Source: Hormiphora californensis
Taxonomy: Eukaryota; Animalia; Ctenophora
Assembly (NCBI GenBank): GCA_020137815.1
Contig: CM035355.1
Coordinates: 3,658,001-3,722,000 of the forward strand
Direction: 5' to 3'
Length of the DNA stretch: 64,000 bases
Shown: piece after piece, positions 1-11,833 of the stretch
How positions within the stretch are numbered: position 1 is the first letter of the stretch
Layout: every line of letters starts with the position of its first letter
Notes under the pieces: generated by a model
Told to the model about the DNA's origin: nothing
What the model saw: the letters and a program-made list of their open reading frames with translations, nothing else
Databases searched by the model: none
Position numbers and translations under genes: made by a program

Positions 1-631
1 GTTCCTCGCTGTCTCCAGGACTGTCAGTCAGCCCGTGGATGACAATATTACACGACCTATCCTCGCTTGCTGCAGCAACAGCCTTCTGGATCCTACTAGG
101 AGCCAAGGCTGTCTCGCATTCCCTCTTTAACGCAGATGAGAAGCTATGAATCTCCTCTTTTGCAATAATCTGTACCTCTGTAATCACTTCCTCTCTCTTC
201 TCCAAGAGCTGCTCCTGCAGTTTAAGTAACTGCTCCTGGGCACCAACTAGTGCCTTCTGGGCGGAGATAAGATCCTCCTGACGCTCTATGAGCTTCTTCT
301 CTATCTCACTGCACTTCCTAGCTTCATTAAACTGGCTCCTCATTACAGGGAACAACCTCTCAACCAACAACTTGCCAGTCATCTCCACCCACGCAACTAA
401 ATCATTTTTATCCACCTTATCTAATTTGTACTTAGAGGGGGCAGATAAAGTGTCCCATAGACTCTCCTCTGCACCATTATACTCTGCACTAAACACGCCC
501 GTGGTGGGACGTGCTCCAGCCATCGCAAATAGTTCCTCAATCATTTCCACAGTTTCTACATGTACATTTTCCAGCTCTGAGTCACTAATTGACTTGTTGC
601 CACTAACCAAGACTCTAGGACTCACACTCAT
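1..631 (-). mobile_element. LINE ORF1-like protein (coiled coil followed by an RRM-like motif), running off the left edge of the window
   Basis: Hand translation from ATG 631 is open to base 2 (210 codons): MSVSPRV...EKKLIERQEDLISAQKALVGAQEQLLKLQEQLLEKREE (heptad-like)...EDRSCNIVIHGL. The last motif matches the R-x-x-N-I-x-I-x-G pattern of LINE ORF1 proteins. Absent from the ORF track because it has no stop in the window. Confidence 0.65.
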
Positions 632-713
632 AACGGTAAAAAGTGACCGTTACAACTATAAAGATAAGAGACGGACGATTTTCAATGCACAAGCGATAAG
701 AACAAGCAAGAAG

Positions 714-715
<2 letters not shown>

Positions 716-763
<48 letters not shown>

Positions 764-806
764 GAGATCAAATGTAAAGATAGACAGAGGGACAGAAAGG
801 CGTGGG

Positions 807-864
<58 letters not shown>

Positions 865-880
865 CATAAAGAGAGAGAGA
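716..880. repeat. (AG)n microsatellite; similar tracts at ~7777-7856, 9724-9796, 34195-34356, 37182-37280, 38736-38822, 53460-53601, 55806-55922, 59150-59249, 60030-60140
   Basis: Directly visible. These tracts produce the ERERER and SLSLSL pseudo-ORFs. Confidence 0.95.
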
Positions 881-1819
881 GAAGGGCAGATAGACATTAG
901 ACATCTGGTCTTCCATAAGAGAGAGGATAAAAGAAGATGCTCCTTTCTAAATCTTATTTCTGTACCAGCAGTTTCTCGTGTTGTAAGGACTGCCTCCTGC
1001 GGCCTCTTTTTGATGAAAGATTTGCGATATCATCTCAGTTTACTGAAGATCAAATGAGTATGCTAGTTACATCTTGAATTAGCCAAATGACTTTGTTCCT
1101 TTGTTCCTAATTTTGAATAAGTTAAGATAACAGTAGCCTGAAATGTATATCTTTTTGTCCGTTCTTTACATGGCATTTGCTGGATATGACGCCTCAACTT
1201 GCAAAAGGTAGACCCCAATTCCCAGTCAGCCCAATAGTGGTGCTTGCAGTGAAAGACTGTGTAACGGTCAGTACACGTGGGCACGGGTGGGCATTTTGTA
1301 GGGTGCAATACAAGGATGTCTTAGGCGATCAGATTGGTCAATATTTGGCGTATATAATGGCATTTGCTGGAACCTATATATATAGTGACATGAATTCTAG
1401 GATTACAGGATATATATATATCATGTACTCAAAACAAAACTTTACTAAAAATGAGACAAGGAACCTAAAATAGGTGCTAGCCTCAACATATTTTTCACTT
1501 CCTCTTTGACTGGTATAAATATCAGTCAACTGGCCCGCATTTCGCAATAATCAATAACACAGCTATATCTCCTCAATATTTATTGCTATGTTGCTTGCAA
1601 TTCTCACTAATGCAGCAAAGGATATCTCTTTCGCACAGATTGTGTGTGACGTGTGCAGTATGTGTGTCTGTAGAGTTCGAGCTGTATCTGCGATTGACAT
1701 CTTGTATTTGTTGTCTTGTTCAGCCCTCTCTCCTACATCATGTTTACCATTCAGAATGGTATATTTGTTATTCAGTTTCCAAAAGCACGGCCAGCTTTTG
1801 AAAACCTCGTAATGCTCTC

Positions 1820-2010
1820 TTTTCGGAGCGTGTTCGTCTCAACGTTGCGCGTCGCGGGTGATCGAGCTAACCCGGGTGGGCGAGCTAACAATAGTGAACT
1901 TCCATGCGATATAGTACATCGCGCGCATGTAATTGCACTATTGTTAGCTTGTTCGCCCGGGTTTGGTACAGTCTGCGACACGCAGTGTTGAGACGAACAC
2001 GTTCCGAAAA
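1820..2010. mobile_element. ~190-bp palindromic MITE
   Basis: Left TTTTCGGAGCGTGTTCGTCTCAAC pairs with right GTTGAGACGAACACGTTCCGAAAA. The inner arms (CCCGGG..GAGCTAACAATAGTG / CACTATTGTTAGCT..CCCGGG) also pair. Confidence 0.75.
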
Positions 2011-3267
2011 TGCAGGATTAACATCTTAACTTTACTGACGTGCCCCCACATGACGTGCCCCCACATGACCACTTATATGCACGTGCTCCCCTCTCTCACA
2101 AGATGCTGCCCTCTGATTATATTCCACTAAATAACCCCACCGCTGATCCCCTTTGATTTGTTCGAGACGAATGCAGTTGCAGCTGCAATATATGGGACGT
2201 TCTTTTGAACTATTTTACATGAGAGTCTTTAGCATTTCATTAAGTCCTGTACTATACGTCATTCTATCTGATCTGCATGATAAACGTTGTTGTATTTTTC
2301 ATACTATTATGCAACAGCACAAGATAAACGGTTTGGTTTGTTCATTTGTTCTTGATTGCAAAAGCCTCTCCGTCCCGAAGGCCAAAACTTCTGATTTGAT
2401 AATTCGATACTTTGATGATTTTGCTTTAAGAATTAAGATCATTCAGTTATCAAAACAGCAAAACTGTTCGTATTTATATTCTTTGAACTCGATGAAAATT
2501 GAAAGGGAACGGATTACAAACAGAATAATAAATAATGGGCGTGCGTCAGATGACGTAGATGAAAGAAACTGTTTGAATGGAAAAAATGTTTTGCAGCTGG
2601 TGCGTTCAATTCGTCTCGCACGAATAGATCAAAGAATTATAGGGACAAGTCATTGGTGTCAATGTTGCACCTTCAAACGATACATTCGGCACATTGTATG
2701 CGTCTCTCTACCTTTCAACCAGTACGTTTCTACATTCCGCACATTTTATTTGTTGGAGAAGGGGCTACTTGTGTAGCACACACCGCATTTTATTTCAATA
2801 TTTCGCGTGAGCGTTCTTCAGAAAAGCAAAGCGTGACCTCAAAAGACGGATCATGACCATGTTGATTTGTTTGTGCCGGGATTTAACCCATTAGAGCCCG
2901 TAATTTGAGTTTTCGATGAAATTTTCTGAAATTTTAGTATGTTGGTCCTACCCACAAATCTAGCTCATACTGAAAAGCAGAAGTCTCTAGCTTAACGGGA
3001 AGTGCTCCAAACAGTGCGTTGCGAAAACGCAACAACAGGCAGTTGCGGTACCGCAACAGTCTTATTAATAATAATAGTCTGCCGGGTGCATTTTATATAC
3101 TTTTGAAATGATTGGTGCTTCAAAGCTTGTAACAATATTTTATTAACATAAAGTTGATATTTTATTAATATAAAGTTGATGCAGTTTGAATATTTTAGCT
3201 TATGCAAAAGGCAAGGACAATGACCGACACGTCATCTTTGAATCTTTGAATCTATAAAGTAGTCGCC

Positions 3268-3796
3268 CGGGGGGGGGGGGGGGGTCAACCCAACTGTATC
3301 AGACATCCATCATGGTGGTTAGGGTGGGTGGGTTTCCCCTAACTGTCAAAATTTTGGAAATTTGGGTCAAAATTTGGGAATTTTGGGTCCTGAAGGCACC
3401 ACAGTGGAATATTTTTGCGCACTACGATTTTGGTCAGGCATCACACTGAAAATTTGGGGTTATGTGCGAACTATTTTTGGGGGTGGGTCCAAAAATTTGG
3501 GTAAGGAGACAGTTAGAGGAGGACCCCTAACTGTCAAAAATTTGAAATTTTCTGGAAAAATAGGTGTGGGTCCCAACTTTTGGGTGTCTGTGGTAGATAG
3601 ATGTTCCCCAAAACCTCAAAAAAGTGGAATTTTTCGGAAAATAGGGGGGTGGGTTCCAAAATTTGGGTTGTGAGACAGTTAGAGGAGGACCCTAACTGTC
3701 ATAATCAAGGGGGGTGGGGTGGTTTTTTTCACCTGGGACAGTTAGGGGCATTTAGGGGCATGGATGTCTGATACAGTTAGGGTGATCCCCCCCCCC
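3268..3796. mobile_element. MITE with G-run terminal inverted repeats
   Basis: Left (G)n..AACTGTATCAGACATCCAT versus right ATGGATGTCTGATACAGTT..(C)n, with internal CCCTAACTGTC / GACAGTTAG repeats. Confidence 0.7.
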
Positions 3797-3949
3797 TCGA
3801 GTCGCCAGCCTTTATATTTATTAGTTAGCATGTTATGGAAAATTCATAAAGCCCTCATATGTTGGTATCTATTTATCTATAGTTTAGTTACTATACTGCT
3901 GTGTGCAGTAGGTCATTGATTTACATACAGTAGTACGAGATCTGAGATC

Positions 3950-4029
3950 AATGCAGTCTGTTACGTAGTGCATCTCAGCTGTACTTGTAATATACTTGTA
4001 ATGAGATGCACTACGTAACAAAGTGCATT
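3950..4029. repeat. small inverted repeat (hairpin)
   Basis: AATGCA..TGTTACGTAGTGCATCTCA pairs with TGAGATGCACTACGTAACA..TGCATT. Confidence 0.6.
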
Positions 4030-4296
4030 ATAATACCCAGTAGAGGAGACTCTCTAATACGTTGCTTGCTAGTTGCTGTATATAACGATAATTATAATAG
4101 AATCATACGGTGAGTATAGTGAGATCTCCCGTCATACTTTAAAGTGAATAACGTATTGCTTGTTACGTTCGGACACGAATCTCATTATAGCAGCTCTTCT
4201 GGTAATCTGTTAACATGGTACTATGTCGTGCTATTTAGATCCTGAAGTGTGTAGTACAATAACATCGCTGTGGTTTAGACACTGGTTATATACATA

Positions 4297-4381
4297 CAGT
4301 CGGACCCCGATTTACCGGGATGCTCGGGGGAAAGGGTTTTGCCCGGTAAATCGGGGTACCCGGTATATCGGGGTCCGACTG
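4297..4381. mobile_element. Tc1/mariner-pogo-type MITE (85 bp, TA target duplication); related copies or fragments at ~33030-33061, 36630-36699, 56381-56450, 60749-60960
   Basis: TA|CAGTCGGACCCCGAT...ATCGGGGTCCGACTG|TA. Confidence 0.8.
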
Positions 4382-4766
4382 TATATTGAGGATACTGCTC
4401 TGATGCCATAGAATATAAAGTACGTTTTATCTCTCTACCTATTTGCGAGATCTGTATGCTATTGAATTTTGCATTCATTTTTTTTCCTTACAGTATTATG
4501 TCTGCTATACCCTCTGCAGACCAACGAATGGAGCACAATTTTAAATGCTATTCTTCTCAACTCTCTCATCATCTCTCTCAAGTCTCATCATCTCTCATCA
4601 TCTACTGTCAATTGTTGTAGAAACCCTTCAAGATCTTTGAAGTGGGATGCAACGCGTAGAGGGGGCCGCGTTGATTTGACCTCTTATGGATACGGAGGGG
4701 GGGGGGGGTAATATCTTATCTTATTCATGAGTACAAATCCTCTCATCTCTCATTATATTCTGTAGG

Positions 4767-6138
4767 ATGAATTGTTCAGTGCTCCTGGAGGGTGAGGAGG
4801 ACCCCTCTCTCGAAGTGCAGGTTGAGTGTAGTGCCTACCACTATAACGTTACTGTCTCCATCGCAGAGAGGTCTGTAACGCTCACCATTCTCTTGATCGG
4901 GACCCTGGTGGGGCTCATTGGGAACGGCCTGGTGATCCTGGCGAGTCACCAGTATGGTACCCTTAACCTGGATCGAATCACCATTGCTCTGGTTCAAAAC
5001 TTGGCCATTGCAGATTTCCTGTTTATCATTATCTTTGATCTGCCAATGATTGTCACCCACTCCATGGGACGGTGGGTCTTTGGTGTGGCGGGTTGTTACT
5101 TTGTTGGATATGGCTTCATGATTCCATGTTCCTCAAACATGCTCTTCGTCATGCTTGTATCGATTCACAGGTGAGTCAAGTATTATATACATCAGCTGTA
5201 TTATATCAGCTGCATAATATATGCATAATCGATGAGTTGAAGATTTATTAATTGTGTGTTATCTAATTCCCATTTTCCACTGTTACAGGTACATCAGGTG
5301 CAAATGGCCGCACCGAGCAAACATCAACCAACCACGAGCCATGTCAGTATCTCTCTGGGTCCAGGGAGTGCTAATCTGGGGTTTCTACGCATTCTTCACC
5401 AAAGTCCCTATCATCTTAAACCCAGTAACAAACCAGTGCGTCTACACCTTCCACCGCTCCACAAACTACACCCACTTTATCTTCATGTGTTTCTCCGCAC
5501 TCAACACCGGAGTGATACTCTTCACCAACACCGCCATGTGGTGTATGGTGAGGGGCATGGTCAACAAACGAAAGACTCGAGCTGCTGCTGCCGCTGCACA
5601 AGTAGCCGTGTTCACTGATCAGAGTGGACCGAGTGTGGGGAGTGTCCGGGAGTCACGTGGTGGTGGTGGTGTAGTGAACAACAAACCGAAGAGGTGTGTT
5701 CAACACAAGGCCCTCCTGACAACCTCCCTTGTGTCAACCATGTACCTAGCAAGTTGGCTACCAACTCTAATTGTCTATTTTGTAGACGCATGGCCCTTCT
5801 CAGACGTTAGAACACCGGCCTGGTTTGAAAAACTCCACCCCATTGCAATCAGTGTCGGGTCATGGGGTAACCCTTTGCTATACACCGCAGTGAACCGAGG
5901 GTTTAGGAAGTTTGTTAGCAAGAAATTGCAGTACTACTCGGTGACGGTATCAAGGAAGGTTGATCGGATGCCAGAAGACCTGGGAACGGGTGATAGGAAT
6001 AGGGACATACTGACCGTGGGGGATCGGGGTCGTGATATAGTGACATTAGGGGTGATAACCGAGAACAGGAGTTGTAGTAGTACTGTGGCGAAGGGCTCAC
6101 AAAAGGGTGAGGAGAGGGGGATAGAGGAGAGTGTATAG
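4767..6138 (+). CDS. Class A (rhodopsin-family) GPCR, 2 exons (4767-5170, 5289-6138), 417 aa, orphan
   Basis: TM1 GLIGN, TM2 NLAIADFL, ECL1 WVFGVAGC, a DRY-equivalent HRY formed across the GT-AG intron 5171-5288 (phase 2), TM6 SWLP and TM7 GNPLLY. Confidence 0.9.
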
Positions 6139-6248
6139 TAAGATACTGTCCAGAGTGATTTCAAACAGAAATAAGTTATACGCATTTAAATACAAAATTC
6201 GCGTCTTTCTCGATCGTTTACTTGCTTATCACAATGTCTTTTCACTGT

Positions 6249-7776
6249 TTATGCTGACCTCCAACCCTGAAATGAGTTAAATTTTTTTGTGAGTCGTTTT
6301 TATTTGTATTCAATTGCTGTATTTTGTCTTATAATGTTTTGAAAACGATAAGATAATGTTTTTCTTAAAAGCAGGTACCATTCATGTTCATCTCACAAAA
6401 AGAGCTAGAACGGAGGAGAGCTTAGAATTGTCCTCCCGATCCATTAAAAATCACTCAAGATAAAAGAATAACGTTTACTCTTTTAACTTGAGTAGTTTTT
6501 TATTTTAAACAACTTTCATGGCTAATTATATCTATCGTGTCTCATCACGGTTAACTTACATGATCCTCGATTTTTCCTGCCCGATGTATGTCGCTAACTT
6601 CCTTGAAAAGTTTGGCTAAGTCTTTTACATGCTGGAAGATTGGTTGATCTTTGTAGTATTCAAAGCCCTCCCCATCAGTGTGGGGTCCCTGAAATCACGT
6701 ACAAGAATTTACTAAAATCACTGCGCTGGCAAGCATAAAGGTGGCTCAATCCAATTCCATTAGATTAGTTTTTGCTAAAGCAAGTCAAATCATTCATATG
6801 GTTAACCATATTGGTGATTAACAAGGCCTCTTCTCGTGACCGTATCATGTGATGACCAATGACCATATTTATTATTTGGGTATGTGATGACGTCATATGA
6901 CCAAATTTCGACATTATATGATAACCTACTACTGCCCCCCTTACCTCAATAAGGTAGGAGCCCTTGACCTGTTCAAGGTCAGCAAACCACACCCTCCCCA
7001 CATTCCGATCCTGTAGGGACATGTGTTGTCGAGTTCCAATGAGACTGCCATTACAGTACACATCCAGTACAGAACCAGTGAAATCTGCCGTAAAGGTCCT
7101 GCAGCCTGGAAGGAGAGAAGATGTGAGCAGAGAGGTCATTGCAACCTAGACAGAGGTCATTGCAACATAGACAGAGGTCATTGCAACCTAGACAGAGGTC
7201 ATTGCAACCTAGACAGAGGTCATGTTGCAACTTAGATAGAGGTCATTGCAACCTAGATAGAGGTCATTGCAACCTAGACAGAGGTCATTGCAACCTAGAT
7301 AGAGGTCATTGCAACCTAGACAGAGGTCATTGCAACCTAGACAGAGGTCATTAAAACCTAGATAGAGGTCATTGCAACCTAGACAGAGGTCATTGCAACC
7401 TAGACAGAGGTCATTGCAACCTAGACAGAGGTCATTACAACCTAGATAGAGGTCATTGCAACCTAGACAGAGGTCATTGCAACATAGACAGAGGTCATTG
7501 CAACCTAGACAGAGGTCATTGCAACCTAGACAGAGGTCATTGCAACCTAGACAGAGGTCATTGCAACATAGACAGAGGTCATTGCAACCTAGAAGAAAGA
7601 TTGTGAATGAGGGAAAAGAGGGTACGTGGCTACCTTCTACTGACGTCATGGGTTGACTGAGTCTCTCCAGTCTCCTATTGTGGGACTTGACGCAGTTCAA
7701 ACAACAATTAATCTCAGCGACTCTCAGCGACTCTCAGCGTAAAGGTGTGAGATCACACGTACAATGAACGTAGTAA

Positions 7777-7859
<83 letters not shown>

Positions 7860-9190
7860 CAGACAGAGAGACAGAAACACATAGAGGGCGTGGATTAAAA
7901 TGACGTACCACTGGCATCAGGTTCGGGAAGAGAGGTGGCAATCTCTACAGGGTCCTTTCCAATCCAGTGCAGCCAAACAGCGGGCTGCTCTCCCCTCAGA
8001 GCCTCTACAAACCGCAACTGACCCATCCAATAACCCTCTGGGAGGGTGAGTGTTACTTTCTGACTGGTGTTCCCATCATATATGGGGGGTAATGGGTAGT
8101 GGTGAGTTGGTTCAGACCTTTCTGATATTAGGGATTTAAGCATATTATGGGCGGTTCTAATTTGTAGCTACAAGTAGTAGCAGTTTCACTACAAATATGG
8201 TAGAGAAAGTTTCACTCCTAATATGGTAGAGAAAGTTTCACTCCTAATATGGTAGTGAAAGTTTCACTCCTAATATGGTAGTGAAAGTTTCACTCCTAAT
8301 ATGGTAGTGAAAGTTTCACTCCTAATATGGTAGTGAAAGTTTCACTCCTAATATGGTAGTGAAAGTTTAACACTCCTAATATGGTAGTAAAAGTTTCACT
8401 CCAAATACAGTGCAACTGCCACTGGACCAACTCAAACGTAATGAAACTCTTATCTTTTCATTCCAATGTTATGTCATCACACATATTGCAGACGCTAAAA
8501 GAACTGCTGTACACAGTGATCTAGAAGCAACACCCTATTCAGAGGGGTTGGGGGTTGAGAAGTTAGCTTCCATTTTATTTTAACATCACTCTCACCTTTA
8601 CATTTAGTACTAATATCTCTCTCTCTCTCTCACCTTTGGAGTAGAATCCTACACCTCTCCACACTGTATCACCAGGTTTTGCTGCCACTTTCACGTGAAT
8701 CTTATCTCGCCCATCAAACCTAGTGGAAACAGTGAAACAAATCAATCTTGAACATTGTCTGTGTTCTAGCTAACCCCATTGACTTTCTCTCTCTAAACTA
8801 GTAGGGCGATAAATAGATCTCTAGAAGCTTATATCTCTGGGCAAACTATTTGGTTTATAAAGAAATCCTCCGTACCATTGCATGTCCCAATCAATTGTTG
8901 ATTCCCATATTTCCCCGGGCAGGTCGACTCCTGATGGTATGGTGATGGAGCTAAGGGTCCTCTTCTGGCTTGTAACGGGACTTTGGACACCTGTGGGGGT
9001 TAGGGAGTGTTTTGAAGGTAGGATGGTTCCGATGGAAATGAGGTTCTCATGTTTCTGAATAATGCGTATTATAACCGTATCATGTTTACAACATGCCTAT
9101 ATTATCAGTGTTACTACATACTAACATACCTCCTACAGCCACTGATCGAGAGACAGTGGTGGCTATCTGTCTTGCACAATACCGAATCAT
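6249..9190 (-). CDS. Uncharacterised 260-aa protein, 7 exons, putative mitochondrial presequence
   Basis: Exons 9190-9130, 8990-8876, 8719-8634, 8121-7909, 7105-6945, 6688-6560, 6266-6249. All introns are GT-AG and phases are consistent (783 nt). Protein: MIRYCARQIATTVSRSVAVGGVQSPVTSQKRTLSS...WDMQWFDGRDKIHVKV...GYWMGQLRFVE...GWRSA*. Confidence 0.75.
7128..7592. repeat. 21-bp minisatellite (AGAGGTCATTGCAACCTAGAC), ~22 copies, intronic
   Basis: Directly visible; 7-aa periodicity in the ORF track. Confidence 0.95.
8180..8405. repeat. 26-bp minisatellite (AATATGGTAGTGAAAGTTTCACTCCT), ~8 copies, intronic
   Basis: Direct tandem copies with an internal GTGAAA-G-TTTCAC palindrome and no spacers. 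Confidence 0.9.
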
Positions 9191-9400
9191 TCCTTGCAGC
9201 TGAGGTGTATAGTAGAGAAGTAGTAAAACTCATGGATATTGTAATTTCGCAATGTAATATGTATTGTAAACTAAAAACGGGGAAATATCAAATATATCTT
9301 CAAAAATTACAAATCTAACTTCTAAATAAATTTTCTAGCAAAACAGTAACAACACTCAACAGTAAAAAGAATAGTTCTGAAGTATTAGACAATTTTGACC

Positions 9401-9490
9401 GGTGATCTAAGTTTTCACAGTGCACCGTTTCCGGTGGTCTAACCACTTAGACCACCGGTTACAGTGCACTGTGAAAACTTAGACCACTGC
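9401..9490. repeat. palindromic MITE-like hairpin
   Basis: CTAAGTTTTCACAGTGCAC..CCGGTGGTCTAA pairs with TTAGACCACCGG..GTGCACTGTGAAAACTTAG. Confidence 0.65.
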
Positions 9491-9720
9491 AAAACACTAG
9501 TAATTATAAAGTAAAATACCGTTGCAGTGGTATGTGAAAAATTAGACACTTTCTAGTCACACACACACAGTATAAACGTTACGTCACTACTGCACACGCC
9601 TTAATCCTTATCGTTTCTTCCCCTCTGCAACTATAGGTCACGTGATCGTCACGTGATGGCACCACCCCAATGAGCGTCCTGCATCTGCTTTCCCTCTCTG
9701 CCTTCGATTCTCTCTTTCCA

Positions 9721-9800
<80 letters not shown>

Positions 9801-9847
9801 AATCTTTATCTCTCTCACTCAGTTTGTTTCCAAAATCATCTAATAAA

Positions 9848-10118
9848 ATTAGATGACTTCTTTTACATGCTCTATTACACAGCAATAATGTTAAAGATTC
9901 TTTCACTTTTAGGCCTCGCAGGCTCGGCCCAAAAGTACAACTACAGAGCTCGCAGGCTCGCTCAGTAGTTACACTTAGCGTGCCTCGCAGGCTCGGCAGC
10001 TAAGTAAAAGGATCTACCTCGACCTCTCGGTCTCGGTTCATTATTGTTGTATTTAGAACACTCGGCCTTCGGCCTCGTGCACTAAATAGTAATAGAACAT
10101 TTTAACCAGTCATCTAAT
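9848..10118. mobile_element. non-autonomous element with ATTAGATGAC termini and internal CTCGCAGGCTCG repeats
   Basis: Terminal inverted repeat ATTAGATGAC/GTCATCTAAT; several internal short imperfect palindromes. Confidence 0.55.
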
Positions 10119-10177
10119 CATATATCATATAACCTCTCTTAGCCAGATGCCCCTAGCCAGATGCCCCAGTCAGTTTA

Positions 10178-11347
10178 TTATATTAGTGACCGTTCCTCAA
10201 AGAGTGTTGTCTGTTGTTGAACAAATTGTATCTGATCCAAATATCTACGATCCCCACAGCAGCAGCGACCCCTCACAAGAGCGACAATAGCAGCAGCGAC
10301 CAAGCAAACCAGCGCCACAGGGGATACAACCACGATAGAAATATACAAGGGTTCCATTCGGGCAGACTCGTACCAGTTTCTGTACCACATATTATATGAG
10401 TCATCCACCACAGGGCCACTGTGAACAATCTCTATCGAACTGGAGTTCTCCCAAGTTGTTGCTTTGAAGGTGGTTCCATCCTCGAGACAGTAGAGAATTA
10501 GAGAGGCATCCTGAGGGCAGCTGATATCAGTTAGTTTCATTATAGACTCGCTATACAGTTGGGAGGGGTGGTTTACGGACTGGTAGGTGTAGTTGAAACA
10601 CATGAATACATCTTGTTGTTTCAGATCATCTAGTGACATCAACGATTCAGACTCACAGGGCTCCACCTTATTGCGATGGGTGTTCGGACATGAGTTTGTA
10701 ACAAATCGTACTTTCCATGTCACTACAGCTGACCCAGTCGTAACACATTGGACAAAGGTGTAGGAAGTAGAGGGACGTACTGATTGGAAGTATGTGACCT
10801 CTTTGGGATATGAAACGGTTGTATCTGCAACATCATACAACGTGATATTCTCACTCATTTTATCATCCGGCCAGATCACTTGCATGCCCTTCTCTATATC
10901 ACTAAGGGTACAATTGTACACACCCAGATCACTTTCAGTGACATTAGCAATCGTTAACATTGTGTTATAACACAGGTCCGAGTAGTGACTGTAATCTAAC
11001 TCTGTAGACATGTTACCCAGTCCCATCCTTTGTGCCATGTCCTCAGAGCCAGGTGTGATCGCACAGTATCCGTATGTGTAAAAGTTTGTTACTGAGAACC
11101 GTGATCCCGGTTCAATTTGCTCGCCCTCCCTAGACCACCAATAGGTACAGTTGTTTTGTGTCTTATCGGGGAAACATTGCGCTACTTCAATAGCATCACC
11201 ATACATCCTCTGGATGAGTTTAGAACACCGGAGGTGGGCTGTTGAACCGAGGATTGCCGGTTCCAGGAGGATGGAATGGTGTGGTAACATGGATAGGATG
11301 TTGGGGATTAGGAGATGTAGGATTAGGAGGTGTAGTAATACTGTCAT
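10178..11347 (-). CDS. Ig-like type I membrane protein A (single exon, 389 aa)
   Basis: Signal peptide; Ig motifs LRC...YWWSREG...LTIANVTESDLGVYNC; a second Cys-rich Ig-like domain (VQC..VTW); TM ISIVVVSPVALVCLVAAAIVALV; short cytoplasmic tail. Confidence 0.85.
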   Translation of the reverse strand: MTVLLHLLILHLLIPNILSMLPHHSILLEPAILGSTAHLRCSKLIQRMYGDAIEVAQCFPDKTQNNCTYWWSREGEQIEPGSRFSVTNFYTYGYCAITPGSEDMAQRMGLGNMSTELDYSHYSDLCYNTMLTIANVTESDLGVYNCTLSDIEKGMQVIWPDDKMSENITLYDVADTTVSYPKEVTYFQSVRPSTSYTFVQCVTTGSAVVTWKVRFVTNSCPNTHRNKVEPCESESLMSLDDLKQQDVFMCFNYTYQSVNHPSQLYSESIMKLTDISCPQDASLILYCLEDGTTFKATTWENSSSIEIVHSGPVVDDSYNMWYRNWYESARMEPLYISIVVVSPVALVCLVAAAIVALVRGRCCCGDRRYLDQIQFVQQQTTLFEERSLI

Positions 11348-11833
11348 GTTGATGAGCTAGAGATATAGAGAGAGGTAACAGAAGGATGTTATAGATCTGC
11401 TGTGAGTATGTGCAAAAACATCATCGCTCATCTATGGGAGAATGGGACAGGGAGGTTATTGGGTTGTTGAGAAATAGAAAAAAACGGTCACATCTTGCTC
11501 CGATCCCAACAGTAATATGGAAATACACATGATATATTCATCTGAAAACTTTGAAATACATAAAAACGCTCAAACATAATAATACGGCCTACGCTAAGCA
11601 TATAATAACTTGAACTTCTACGCTAGGTATTAACTAAATAACACTGATAACAATATTATAATCTGCGAAAAAACTTGAGTTTTTTTTTTGAAAACTACAC
11701 GCATTTCAGTTGTGGATGTGCTATTACAGGCAAGCTCAGCTCGCTGATCAAATGTCTATTGCACACGCTGTTTCGTTTTTAGTCCTTTCTTTACTCCACT
11801 TACTGACACTCAAAAAGTGAGCTAGCAGTCTCT

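Noticed and set aside
288-869. 193-aa plus-strand ORF
   Set aside because: It is the antisense shadow of the LINE ORF1 plus the AG microsatellite.
1063-1360. GPCR-like remnants (LTNLIA*DILV, WELGSTFCKL) on the minus strand
   Set aside because: The motifs are short, there is an in-frame stop and there is no hydrophobic TM continuity; this could be chance.
2153-2776. 207-aa ORF
   Set aside because: TTG start, no recognisable motif and no convincing exon structure.
5830-5890. GPCR as an opsin
   Set aside because: The position six residues before the NPxxY Asn is Ser, not the retinal-binding Lys.
7023-7700. Cys-rich or QPRQRSL repeat ORFs
   Set aside because: These are translations of an intronic 21-bp minisatellite.
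8180-8405. 26-bp palindromic repeat as a CRISPR array
   Set aside because: Copies are directly adjacent with no spacers, in an intron of a eukaryotic gene.
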